From the NCBI RefSeq assembly GCF_048593235.1, contig NC_133617.1, positions 68,409,767-68,473,766 of the forward strand: a stretch of 64,000 bases of DNA, given 5' to 3'. Below, one piece after another: positions 52,106 through 63,005 of the stretch (its first letter is position 1; every line of letters starts with the position of its first letter). This DNA comes from Sminthopsis crassicaudata (lineage: Eukaryota). The notes below the pieces were generated by a model. The model was not told the DNA's origin. It searched no databases and worked only from the letters and a program-made list of their open reading frames with translations. The translations under genes were made by a program, and so were the position numbers.

Positions 52106-52996
52106 CTGGGGTTAGGAGAGGAAATAGGATGGAGTTTGTCGGGGAAGGAAACAGTCAACATGCAGTTTCTAGACAGTGACTCCTCTTGCCTTGTCCTTAA
52201 ATCACGAGAATTTAGACATGAAAGGGATCTTAAGAGATCATTTCATTCAACCGGATCATTTTTAGATGAGAAAACATCTAAACCACATGGTGAGATCCAC
52301 CATGTGTAAGTAGCTTGTCCAAGGTCACCTAGGTAGCACATGGCAGACTTAGAAATTGATTTTCTGACTCCAAATCACTGTTTTTCCCACTATCTCTTGT
52401 TCGTTCTAGAGCTAGAAGCACGTCACTGGGAACTGGGCCATCAGCTGGTACAGCAGACCACCCATCTCCTTATTCTGCTTGGGAGCCTTTCCCTTTTCCA
52501 ATTCCTGGGGTCCAAAGCCCAGATGTTCGAGTCCCCCAGCTCTCTCTGGGTAGTTTCCAAGACAGAAACAGGCCTGAGCTAAAACAATCATTTTCACTTC
52601 TTTAGGAGTTCAGGGTTTATAATGTGCTTGTCTTGGTAGGTAGGGAATACAAAGTCATTTTGTAGGTGAGGAAACTGACTCAGAGGGGCCGAAATGACTA
52701 TCACTATGTCGTAACAGAAAAGATTTCCAGTTAAAAGGTCTGAGTTTGAATTCCGAATCTACAAATTATTACCAGAATGGCCTTGAACCCTTCCCAGGGC
52801 TTCCAAAATGGGGATAATAAACCTTGCACAACCTGATGGGAGCAGTGTGGCCTCTAACTAGCCTTTTCACTAAATTTGTTCTGGGAGGAAGCCCAGCTGT
52901 GAGAGATTCACTCCCTGGGAGATCCTGCCCTTGCTTAGCCTTTCCTAAGCAGGAAGGAAGCTGGAGGATAGGACTGGACCCCTAAATGAGCACACA

Positions 52997-52998
<2 letters not shown>

Positions 52999-53069
<71 letters not shown>
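52999..53069. repeat. (CA)~35 microsatellite in SLC25A23 intron 1
   Basis: Uninterrupted CA run. Confidence 0.98.
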
Positions 53070-53071
<2 letters not shown>

Positions 53072-53434
53072 GCCTGCATGCAAGCTAGGCAGGGTGGACC
53101 AACACCCCCACCCCCAACCCCCACCTCTAACCAGCTCAGTGTGTTTACATTCCAGGCATCAGGCTCACTAAGTCCCATGACCAAAAGGCTCAAGGAAGGG
53201 AAAGCTAAGTGGGCACAGTTTCTCCAGGGAGCTGTGTTCTTGTTAGATGGAACCAGCTCAGCTACCTTCCAAAAGAAGCCTGTTGATTACTGAAGACAGC
53301 AGGAAAGGAAGGGCTAAACTCTAGGGTCTCTAGAGGCCCTTGAGAAGAGCTAAATGCCCCAGGGAAGACCAGTCTCTAGAGGGCACTAAAGGATTCCCCA
53401 CCCCCCACATTTGACCCATTTTGGAAAGGCTGTA

Positions 53435-53650
53435 CAATATGGTGAAGAGAGTCTTGGATTTGGAGTCAAGATCTAAATTCGAATTCCGACTTGGCAACTG
53501 ATTACTACTGTGACCTTGGGCAAGTCTCTAGGGCTCAATAACTGCTAACCCTTATACAACTTCTCTGAGCCTCCATTTGGGTCCCTATAAAATGAGGAGG
53601 TTGAACTAGAATGTTTCTAAGAATCCTTCCAAATAAATGCTCCTATGATG
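53435..53650 (+). mobile_element. MIR SINE
   Basis: ggatttggagtcaagatctaaattcgaattcc...tgtgaccttgggcaagtc...ctctgagcctc. Confidence 0.75.
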
Positions 53651-54249
53651 AGCTCTCTGCCCCTCAGTGGGTGCTAGTGGGTTCTGGTTCATTAATATAA
53701 AGGGGTGAGGCCCCCCCAACTGTTTGAACCAAGCCCTTCCAGGCTTTACCACTCCTACATTCTTTGCTTTCTCTCCCCTGACCTACTGGATTTCGTCAGA
53801 GGCTTAGGAGGGCAATGATGGAGAGGACCTAGTCTCCCAAGGTGCTTATGCAAATTGTTTAGGATGATTCTAGATTCTGATGGGAACCACGAGGAGAGAC
53901 CTATGAAATATCAGGTGGGGGAAGGTACTGCTCAGGAGAGAGCATTTATGGGCACCAAAGTGAGGACTGCCCAGGGTGATTTGTGGCACTAGCAGGTATT
54001 TCCCCCTTTGGGAGGTACCTGCAAGGACCTGCCAAATGAGAAGGTAGACGGACTGACTCCAGATCCTGATAATTCAGATAAGCACTGCCTGGTGCTGAGT
54101 TCATCTAGGCACGGCCAGGGAGATCCTAGGCTGGGGATGGACACCATCAGGCGGTTCTAGCAGGGGCTGCCGGAGCAGACTGGTATCACTGAGATTTTAG
54201 GCTAGGGAGGGAGGGAGAGGACCTGTTCTACGTGTGTTTATGTAGACAA

Positions 54250-55000
54250 ATAGGTCCTCCCAGTCTGGGAATGCTACTGACCTGTTGTCCACTTGCGCAC
54301 CACCACCCCCAGACATATCCATACCTGGCCGGCGCTGTCCGGGGTCCTCGCGCCTAGCCGGGCCAGCCCCAGGCGCAGCTCGTGAATGTCCACGCGGCCA
54401 TCCTTGTTGCTGTCCAGCTCGTCGAAAAGGAGGCCCCATCGCTGCTGGCGCTCGGGGTCCCCGGCAGGGGGGCTGCGGCCCGGACTGGTCCTGGCCATGG
54501 CTGTACCGTGGCTACCACCCAGTGCCAGAGCCAGTGGCCGCCAACCTCATTCTCTTGCCCCGGCCCGGCCCCCCGGCCCTCGGGGGAGGGGGAAGGGGGA
54601 TGGAAGGAGGGGGGGAAAAGGAGGGGGTGGCCCGGGCTCAGCTGGAGCTTAGAGGCTCCCCCTCCCCCTCTCCCTTCCCCTCTCCCAGCCGGCCCGCACC
54701 CGGCAGGGCCGGGCCGGGCTGGGGCTGAAGCAATGACTGCTCTCTCAGAACAATCGAGTCCCTCCGCTTAAAGCCTAGACTACTGCCCCGGGGCTGGGAA
54801 AGCGACCCGGAGGAGGAGGAAGGTTGGGAGGGAGGCTGACTGGCTGGCAGGCAGGCAAGCAGACAGGCTTTCTGTGCTTGTCGTCGCCGCCCGGAGGAGA
54901 TCTGGCACCTCCTCCCCGCCCCCACTACCCTTACCCTTGGCTCGGGGGAGCAGAGAGCGGGGGGATGGTGAGGAGCTGAAGAGCCGGCACTCTTGGGTTT
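54250..55000. promoter_or_regulatory. SLC25A23 CpG island and promoter
   Basis: GC/CpG-rich, with GC boxes around exon 1. Confidence 0.75.
54325..54498 (-). CDS. SLC25A23: SLC25A23 coding exon 1 (EF1)
   Basis: gccATGG; MARTSPGRSPPAGDPERQQRWGLLFDELDSNKDGRVDIHELR...SAGQ|gtatgg; 174 nt. Confidence 0.95.
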
Positions 55001-55621
55001 AGGGATACTCCCCTCCCTTCTCTAGACACGTGGGATCGGGTGGTGAGGAATGGGACTTCTGCACCGCCCCACCCCCACTCCCCTCTTCACCCACTCGGTG
55101 GGTAACTCGTAACAGAAAGCGTGGGATCATGAGGACTCGGGGGCAGGGACTCCTGGGTCCTCCCTTCCAATACAGCTCGAGTGAGAGCGGGGGATGGTGA
55201 AAAGCTGAGATTCCTAGATTCTTGGTCTTCCCCTCCTCAGTCCCGTGGGACCTGGGAGTGAGAGGAGACAAGAGGGCAAGACCCAGTTCTGAGAGAGAAC
55301 AGAGAGAAGGGTAGTGAGGAACGGAGAGACTAGAACTCTTGGGGTCTCAGTCCTCCATTCCTTCAGCACCAGGGCTTCAGAGGATCATAGATTCAGAGCT
55401 GCCAGAGGCATCCGAGATCATCTAGTCACCGCGAGCTGGGGATGGTGAGGAGCTGGGTGGGAGGGAGAAATTTCTGGGTTCTGGGACTTATTCCCCTCCA
55501 TCTCAGTCTTGAGTGTGTGGAGAGCAGGAAGGTGAGGAACTAGGAGGGGGAGGAATTACTGGACCTTGGGTCTTCTCATCCAAGGAACTGAGAGATGGCT
55601 GAGGGATGGGAAGTGTAAGGA

Positions 55622-55925
55622 GTGTGTAAGAGACACAGAAGAGACAGAGGGAGAGACAGAGAGAGAGAGAGAGAGACAGAGATAGAGACAGAGACAGAGA
55701 GAGACAGAGACAGAGACAGACAGAGACAAAAAGAGGGGGGAGAGATAGAGACAGAGACAGAGGAGAGAGAGACAGAGACAGAAACAAAGATAGAGACAGA
55801 GACAGAGGAGAGACACAGAGACAGAGAAGAGACAGAGAGACAGAGACAGAGAGACACAGAGACAGAGGAGAGACACAGAGACAGAGACAGACAAAAAGAC
55901 AGAGGGGGAGAGGGGGGAGAGAGAA
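55622..55925. repeat. Compound (GA)n/(GAGACA)n low-complexity tract
   Basis: About 300 bp of agagacagagac variants with higher-order units. Confidence 0.95.
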
Positions 55926-57966
55926 AAGATATGGTATGTGTACAAGCACAGGGTGGGGAGGTGGGGCTGCTGTTAGGACTTCTAGGTTTAGCGCATAAAA
56001 CTGGAAGCGAGGTGGGAAAGACCATTGGGGAGTCGGGAAGCAGTGATGACAGGAGAAACCAGATAAGAGGGCTCTTTCCAAACTCAGAAAGCGAGGGTGC
56101 AGGAGGAAGCTAGAGACCAATCCCGTGTGCCTGGATGCAAGCGCTATTCCAGGTGCCTTTGCGTGACTCAGTTTCCCAGTTTCTTGGGAATCAACACCTC
56201 CTCCCCTAGCAGCGTGTGAGGGAGAAGAGCCCCAGGATCTTTCTAGAGTCGGATAATCTCCCTCAAGCGATTAGGGTCGAGGGGCCCCAACCTGATTTAA
56301 CGCTAACCCTCCCCCCAGGTCTGGTAAAAAGGTGCCTTGTTGACCGAAAATGAGCCCGCCCGCTCCTTTCCGAGGCATAACTGTGGTTGAGAATCCCAAG
56401 ATCAAAGCTCGGCCACGGCTCCTTCTTCGGCTCACCATTGGCTCCGGCTCTCAAGGCTGAGCTCAGCCTCCTCCCGCTGACCCCCTGCCGGCACGAGCCT
56501 CAACCTTTAGGCTCCGCCCGTCTCCGGAACTCCTTAAAGGGGCAGTGACCCAACATGTACAACAGGTGCCTCGGGTCAGAGAGTATTCAAGGTTCTCCTC
56601 CCCCCCCCTCTCCCCCCTCTCCCCTGCCAAATGCCGGCCATGCGTTAATCTCATGTCTAATGGAAGCTCCCAAAATGAAGAGTAGGTCCATTCTCTCGGT
56701 GCAGTTTCTCATTTCCACCACTAGGAAGACGTGCTTGGTTGGGGGAGATTTGGTAAGGGTCTGTAAGAGGAACTGATCCAATGAGAACTAGGGTAATGAA
56801 ACAGTTTCTCAAAAATAAAATAAAATAAAAATAAAAATAGAACCCTTTCCTCGAATTTAGTCAGTAAATGAGCATTTATTAAACGCCTATTTTATGCCTC
56901 CTGTGCTGAGCACGAAAGACAAAGGACAGTTCCTGTTTTTAATTGTTACACAATTGCAAACGCCTTTGTGAAGACCATTTTGGGACTCACAGGCCCTGAG
57001 GTTAGCAGGGTTCGGGAAAGAATTCTTGCAGAAGGTGGGACTTTAGCGGAGATGTAAACATAGGCAGAGGAATCAGGAGAGATGAGGACGAGAGAGTTGC
57101 AGGCATGGGAAACAACCAGCAAAAATAGCTGGAATCTGGAGAGTTCTCGTTTTGAGGAACATCAAGAACAACAATGTGATAGAACTGGAGTACATGGAGT
57201 TGGGAAATAAACTTCCCAGTTAGGCCTGGAAAGGTAGGAAGGGCCCAGACTGGGAATGCTAAGCAGTCTGGTTTCCCCTCCATAGGAACCAGTGTGGAGT
57301 GGAGTGGAAAGGGTGGGATGATTAGACAAACTTTAAGATCATTGATAATTGAGCAGAGGATGATCTGTGGTAAGGAAACACTGGAAGCAGGGAGATCAAC
57401 TGTTGGAATAATTCAGGCTTGAGGTGATGAGATTCTGCCTCAGAATGGTGGCAGTTTCAGAGCTAGAGAAGGGGCCACGTTAGAGAAATAGTGCAAAGGC
57501 AGAAACAACAGGACTTAATTAATTGGAGGTTAGTGTGAAGACTTGAAAATGACATTTAGGCTTCCAACTTCAAGGGTGGGATGATAGTGGTGCTCTTGGC
57601 CATATGAAGAGAGTTAGGAAGAGGAGAAATTGGGGGAGAGGATGAGTCAGTTTTGGACATGTTAAGTTTAAGATGTGCACAGCACATCCAGTTAGAGATG
57701 ACTAGTAGAAGAGAGCAGAGGGGCTATGTAGATAGTCTCAGTGCAGATAGTTTTTGGAATGCCACTGTGTGTACTCCTGATACCATGGAAAGAATGCTGA
57801 ATTTGGTGTTAAGGTGCCTGAGTCAGAATCCTACCTCTGCTGCTGCCTGTTTAACATTGGGCAAGTCATTTTAATCTTTCTGGACCTGAATTTCCTTATC
57901 TACAAAATGAGGGTTTGGAGTAGATTTCTGAGGTTTCTTCAAGCTCTTTTCAAAATCTATGAAATT

Positions 57967-58110
57967 GGGGCAGCTAGGTGGTGCAGTGGATAGAGCACCA
58001 GCCCTGAATTCAGGAGGCCCCGAGTTCAAATTTGGTCTCAATTAACACTTCCTAGCTGTGTGACCCTGGGCAAGTCACTTAACCCTAGCCTGGAAAAAAA
58101 AAAAAAGAAA
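57967..58110 (+). mobile_element. Full-length WSINE1 with A-tail and TSD
   Basis: ggggcagctaggtggtgcagtggatagagcacc...; A- and B-box-like motifs; TSD atctatgaaat at 57955-57965 and 58113-58123. Confidence 0.93.
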
Positions 58111-58129
58111 ACATCTATGAAATGATCCT

Positions 58130-59370
58130 ATGTGCCACATAAAGGTGTGTCTCCACATAGGTGTTCTCCCATGAAGTCATATTTCCAAGACACAGTGCTT
58201 CTAGTTAATTTCCCCCTCCTTACAGGTGTGGCTCAGAGACGTTTCCCTTTCCCCTTTATCATTATCCATTTGTTATTATCACTCTCCAGTGGTTGCCTTG
58301 GTGATTCTTTAGTACTGGTGGAATCTGGTGATTCTTCAGTCAGATAAATCTTGCTTACATTTTCCCACATACTTGTATTTCTCCTTACAGATGTGTTTCT
58401 ATTCACTGATATGGTTCATTCACAAGTGTGGGAGACACACCTGTTAAAACTCTCACTCATAATATCTGGGTCTTCCCAACAAGTATGTGGTCCCTCCTAA
58501 CAAGTCCCTTATTTTAGGTGTTTACTCCAACGAGTATGTTTCCATCACTATAAGCATGACCTTCATGTTTTCCCTCTCCTTTGAAGTCATTTTTCAGTCA
58601 TGTCTGACTCTTCATGACCCCTTTTGAGGGTTTTCTTGAAAAAAATACTGGAGTAACTTGCTATTTCTTTCTCTAGCTCATTTTATAAATGAAGAAACAG
58701 AAGCAAATGGGGTTAAATAACTTGCCCAGGGTCACACAGCTAAATAGTGCCTGAAGCCAGGTTTGAACTCAGGATGATAAATTTTCCTGTTCCTGGCTAA
58801 CTATTTTGTCCACTGTGGCACCTAGCTTCCCTTCAGACTTCTTTAATAGGATAGCTTTACTCCCCATTTGTGTTTTTTTTTCCCTTCTATTACAGGTGTA
58901 TATTTCCCAAAAAGTGTATATGTCTCCAATATTTCTCCCTATGCACCAACAGGCACACATTACAAATGTCTTTCCTAAAAATTGGTCTCTCCATTTAAAG
59001 TACTTCTCCTTTGGGGCGTATCTACCTATTAAATTACAGTAGTGTATTCTTCATTATGTTTTTACCTCATTAAAGATGTCTGTTCTCCCAATACAAGTCT
59101 GTTTCTCCAACAGATATTCCTACATGTTTCCCATTACAGATGTGTCCCCCTATGGGTTTAATGCTCCATTTAAATGTATGCTCCCTCACAGCTATATGTC
59201 CTCCTGCTACAGACATGATTTTCCCTACAGATGTATGTCCCCCACCCCCAACAGGTATGTCTCCTTAATAGGTGTTTCCCATTAGAGATGTATCTTGTAT
59301 TACTGGAGTATGTGCCCCAATACAGTCATTCCACCTTACAGGTGTGAGTCCTCAGTTACAGGTGTGTCCA
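58130..59370 (+). repeat. Degenerate short-unit array with TTACAG(G/A)TGT core upstream of CRB3
   Basis: Six exact TTACAGRTGT (58220, 58385, 58890, 59134, 59336, 59356) plus many variants. Confidence 0.8.
58585..58831 (-). mobile_element. Mar1-type SINE interrupting the array
   Basis: tcagtcatgtctgactcttcatgacccc...atactggagtaacttgctatttc...cttgcccagggtcacacagc...ccactgtggcacctagc. Confidence 0.85.
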
Positions 59371-59379
59371 AGTTAGCCC

Positions 59380-59910
59380 TGCCCCCTACCTGGGGCTCAG
59401 GTGCACAGACAGGAAGTTCGCTCCCCCTCCCAGGTGAGTGACTAAACTTTCCGGGTCACGTGAGCGGGTGGAGCCGGCTGGAAACGAGTAAGGGACAGAA
59501 GGACCGACTGGCAGACTGAGGACCAGAGCTAAAAGCTGGCGCCAGGTAGGAGGTGGGGCAGCTCAGCCCAACTCTTCAGTTCCCTCAATTTCTCTCCTGG
59601 ATCTCAAACCTTCTTCCGGGCCAAGATAGGTTAATCTTTAATTTCCAGCCAGGAAGAGCGGATGAGGGAGCTGGGAGGCGGGACTCGAGTTCCTTTTGGG
59701 CTGGGGGCACCTGCCCTGCAGGGATCCTGGGTCTGTTCCCTCCCCTTCCCCTCCCCCTCCCCCTCCTGGGGCCTTGGGCTCTCTCCTTTCTTCCCCTCTC
59801 CTTTCCCCTTCACAGTAGCCCGAGATGCAGTAGCCACCGGAGGTCCTGCAGTTTGGGAGCAGGAGCCAGGTCAGCCGAAGCATAGGCCTGGTTCGGTTCC
59901 CCAGGGGCCC
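59380..59910 (+). promoter_or_regulatory. CRB3 promoter and 5'UTR region
   Basis: CpG-richer; ETS-like ACAGGAAGT at 59410; GTCACGTGA at 59455; donors at 59434 and 59546; acceptors at 59815 and 59904. Confidence 0.65.
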
Positions 59911-59989
59911 ATGGCGAGCAGCCCTGGCCTGGGCCTGTGCTTGGCACTGAGCCTGCAGCTATTGAACTCCCAGCCCGCCTTGGCCCCTA
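59911..59989 (+). CDS. CRB3: CRB3 coding exon 1 (signal peptide)
   Basis: cccATGG; MASSPGLGLCLALSLQLLNSQPALAP; A|gtaagt donor; 79 nt. Confidence 0.88.
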
Positions 59990-60835
59990 GTAAGTAACTT
60001 CAGGTACTGGTGCCTTGTTCAGAGGTGAGAGCCAGGGTGCTTGTGTTCTCCACCCTGAGAGAAGGGAGACAGATTAGAGCTAAAATCCCAGTGGGGATAC
60101 CTTTCAGGATATATGATTAGAACTGGAGCCCAAGGACAGAGATCTTCTGTTTAGGAGGGAGGGTGGAGGTGGTGGTGATGAACATAACCAGAATGTCTAT
60201 ACCAGATGCCTGGAGACCTGGGAGGTTGTCTTAGCTGGGTTTCCTAAGGATCGATTTAGTTTGGAGAAACCAGCTGGAAGCCGGGACACTTGGATTCCCT
60301 CCTGGGAAAGGTCTTAGGATTTGTGTGCTGAGAGTAGGTAAGGCAGGATGCCAGGATATCTGGGGGAAGGGAGAAGAAGGTATTTGGAGCTAGAGGAATA
60401 GGAAGCCAGATTTTGGGAAAGAGGGGCTGAGGTTACATTCAATTTTAGTCCTCCTGGCTTCTGTCTGATATGCATGTTGTGTCCGGGCAAAGTCCCTTAA
60501 AGGGAAGGGGGTGGAGTTTGAAGGGGGACTAGAGTCGAGGAAAACTGGATTAGGGAAAATCTCGTTTCTGTTCTTGAACTGGACATAGGTATTCTAGGAT
60601 CTTCGGCCAGCTGGAGCCTTCTTGGGGAGTGGCTGTAATCTTTCTACTAGTTTCGGGAGCCTGGGGGGGGGGTGAATTTTGGTGACTCAGGCACTCCAGG
60701 TCTAAGTAGCGAGGCCACACCTACAGCCTGGGGTTGAAATGGCCGGAGGTGGGGAGGGAGGGGGCGATGGCTTTAGTTTTTTGAATGTGACTGCCGGAAC
60801 CCTCGGCTTCCCCCTTGCTCTCCTTTCTCCCATAG

Positions 60836-60906
60836 ACACTGACTACACTGGGTATGAGAACAACACTACTACCCCTTCCACAGCACCACCAGCCAGTGGG
60901 ACCCTG
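60836..60906 (+). CDS. CRB3: CRB3 coding exon 2 (short S/T-rich ectodomain)
   Basis: (N)TDYTGYENNTTTPSTAPPASGTL; pyrimidine tract plus tag| and |gtgagt; N-glycosylation sequons; 71 nt. Confidence 0.88.
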
Positions 60907-61237
60907 GTGAGTTTGTGGCAGGGAAAAGCATTTTCCTGGTAATATAGTATGATAAGGGGAGGCAGGAGATGATATTTATCCCTCAGTGACCTTGACCCAA
61001 ATTCTCTTTTAGCCTTTATCTTCCCATCTGTAAAGTAGGATGGGAGTGGAGTGGGACTTGGCGTTCCCTGGCAGCTCAAACTGTTCAATATTGTAATCTG
61101 TCCAACCCTGACCCTTTTAATAGAGAAATGTGGCAACTGGAGGAGGAGGGGGGAGGCGGTGTGGAGACTTGGGGGGAGGGGATTGACTGAAGATCCCGAA
61201 TGCCTTGTCAGTGGGTGACTCCCCTCCTTCCCCCTAG

Positions 61238-61444
61238 TCCCAGGGAGCAGTCACTGCCATCATCACTGTATTCTCAGTCCTGGGTATCCTCCTCCTGGTA
61301 GTGGCACTGGTCCTGCTAGGCCGGAAGCTTCGTGAGAAACGCCAAACAGAGGGCACCTACCGGCCCAGCAGTGAAGAGCAGGTGGGTGCCCGGGCTCCAC
61401 CGCCCCCCAACCTGAAGCTTCCCCCCGAGGAGCGGCTCATCTGA
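61238..61444 (+). CDS. CRB3: CRB3 coding exon 3 (TM and cytoplasmic tail, CRB3A; 118 aa in total)
   Basis: SQGAVTAIITVFSVLGILLLVVALVLLGRKLREKRQTEGTYRPSSEEQVGARAPPPPNLKLPPEERLI*; FERM-binding GTY motif and PDZ-binding ERLI. Confidence 0.97.
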   Translation, partial: SQGAVTAIITVFSVLGILLLVVALVLLGRKLREKRQTEGTYRPSSEEQVGARAPPPPNLKLPPEERLI

Positions 61445-61804
61445 GCACTTCATCCCCCTCTTCCTGCATGTAATCCCATGTCCCATTTCTGGTTTGGGAC
61501 CTGCTTGACATTGGGCATTCAACCACTGTGACCAGCCCCTTCAGGGAGCATCTGGAGTGACGATGAGGGCTTCAGATGCTAAGGGCTGGTAGGGAGTGGG
61601 CAGGGGGGCCCTGTCTAAGCTGCTGGCCATGGCCGACTTCACTGCACCACCAAGCTTGCTGCAGACTTTTGACTTTGGTCTGTGGACATTGGCCTGGAGA
61701 TGGCGGCTACTTCTGCTTCTCCTGACTGGAACTGTGGTGGCCACCTGGCCTTCTTCCCTGATGACCTGCTCCTGCCTTTCAACCCTGGTCTCCTTGCCTT
61801 TCAG

Positions 61805-61885
61805 TTGTCTCACGCGGCTGAAGCAGCCCCAGGGCCCCTGGACTCGAAGAACAAGGCGTGGGGCTGGGTGTCCTGCTGGGGTTAG
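61805..61885 (+). CDS. CRB3: CRB3B alternative terminal exon
   Basis: ttgcctttcag|LSHAAEAAPGPLDSKNKAWGWVSCWG*; in phase with the internal donor CAG|gtgggt at 61381/61382. Confidence 0.7.
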   Translation: MSHAAEAAPGPLDSKNKAWGWVSCWG

Positions 61886-62789
61886 GGTGTGTGCAAAAAG
61901 CCTGGATCCCCTTTCCCTTTGTGGGGAGGGGCAGAGACTTGGGTGGGTACCCACCCTGAGCACCCCTTCCCCCTCCCCAGGCCATTTGATTAACATTCCA
62001 CCCTCCCAAAGACTACTTAACTCTCTCAGGACTAACCTTCCCCTCCTGGTGAATAATAATAGGTATTTGTACTGAAAAGGAAGTGCTTGGAAAACTCTTC
62101 CTCTCCCCACCCCCTTTCCCGAAACTTATGTCTCTGGTCCTTTCTTTTTTCCTCTCTACCCCCCAGACCACTACCTCCTATTCCCTAGAACTGTCCCTGA
62201 GAAGGGCTGCTTGATTTGTATTTTTTATAAAGACGGTCATAAGGTCAAACCCAGTATTTTATCGAGTAGTGGTTGGGATATGGGGTTTGTGCCCCGGGGT
62301 AATGGCGAGTAGTAATTAAGTTTTTCCTTCCATACATCTTAGCTCACCTGATTGCTCAAGTTGCCTTTCTGCTCTAAACCCTAATTCTTTCACTAGTGAA
62401 AGCAACAGTTCCAGAATGTGTGACTAGGGTTTGATGCCAGAGACTCTAGAGGGGTCCCATAGCTAAATGGGAATAGTAACTGAAATTTTTCTGGTGATTT
62501 TAAAGCTTGCAGAATTCTATACCTTCATTATCTAAAGCTTAAGCACAACTACATGAAATAGATACCCAAAGTGTCAATGTTGATTTTACAGATGACAAGA
62601 GGTTTGGATCTTCTGTTGTATCACACCTAGTTTAGCTGTTGATGGACAGAGTTGGGATTGGAAGCTAGGGCTTCCTGACTCCACATCTAGCACATTATTC
62701 TAAGCCATTTAGTTTGGATTAAGGCTCTGGTGCCAGTTGTGTTACTAAGCGCTTGAAAGTTTATTTGCCAGGGGCCACCATAGAGCACA

Positions 62790-63005
62790 AAGTACTGTCC
62801 TGGCATCAAGAAAATTATTCCCAAGTTTAAAATCTGGCCTCAGACACTTAACTGGTTGTGTAACCCTGGGCAAGTCACTTAACCCTGTTTGCCTCAGTTT
62901 CCTCATCTGTAAAACAAACAGGACAAGGAAATGGTAAACTACCACCTTTGCCAAGAAAATTCCAGTTAGTGTCACAAACAGTTGGACGTGACTGAACAAC
63001 ATCAC
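62790..63005 (+). mobile_element. Mar1-type SINE
   Basis: ggcctcagacactt...cctcagtttcctcatctgtaaa...aaggaaatggtaaac...ctttgccaagaaaa...gacgtgactgaacaac. Confidence 0.85.

Noticed and set aside
55503-56120. Several 130-205-aa ORFs (LSLSVS and RDRDRE repeats)
   Set aside because: Translations of the GA/GAGACA microsatellite.
57967-58030. tRNA gene suggested by A/B boxes
   Set aside because: It is the head of a WSINE1 SINE, with SINE body, A-tail and TSD; no cloverleaf.
59335-59350. Alu-like ttacaggtgtgag
   Set aside because: Alus are primate-specific; the match is confined to the E-box unit of the local array.
58130-59370. CRISPR-like repeat-spacer array
   Set aside because: Eukaryotic context; units are degenerate with irregular spacing, and there are no constant-length unique spacers or cas genes.
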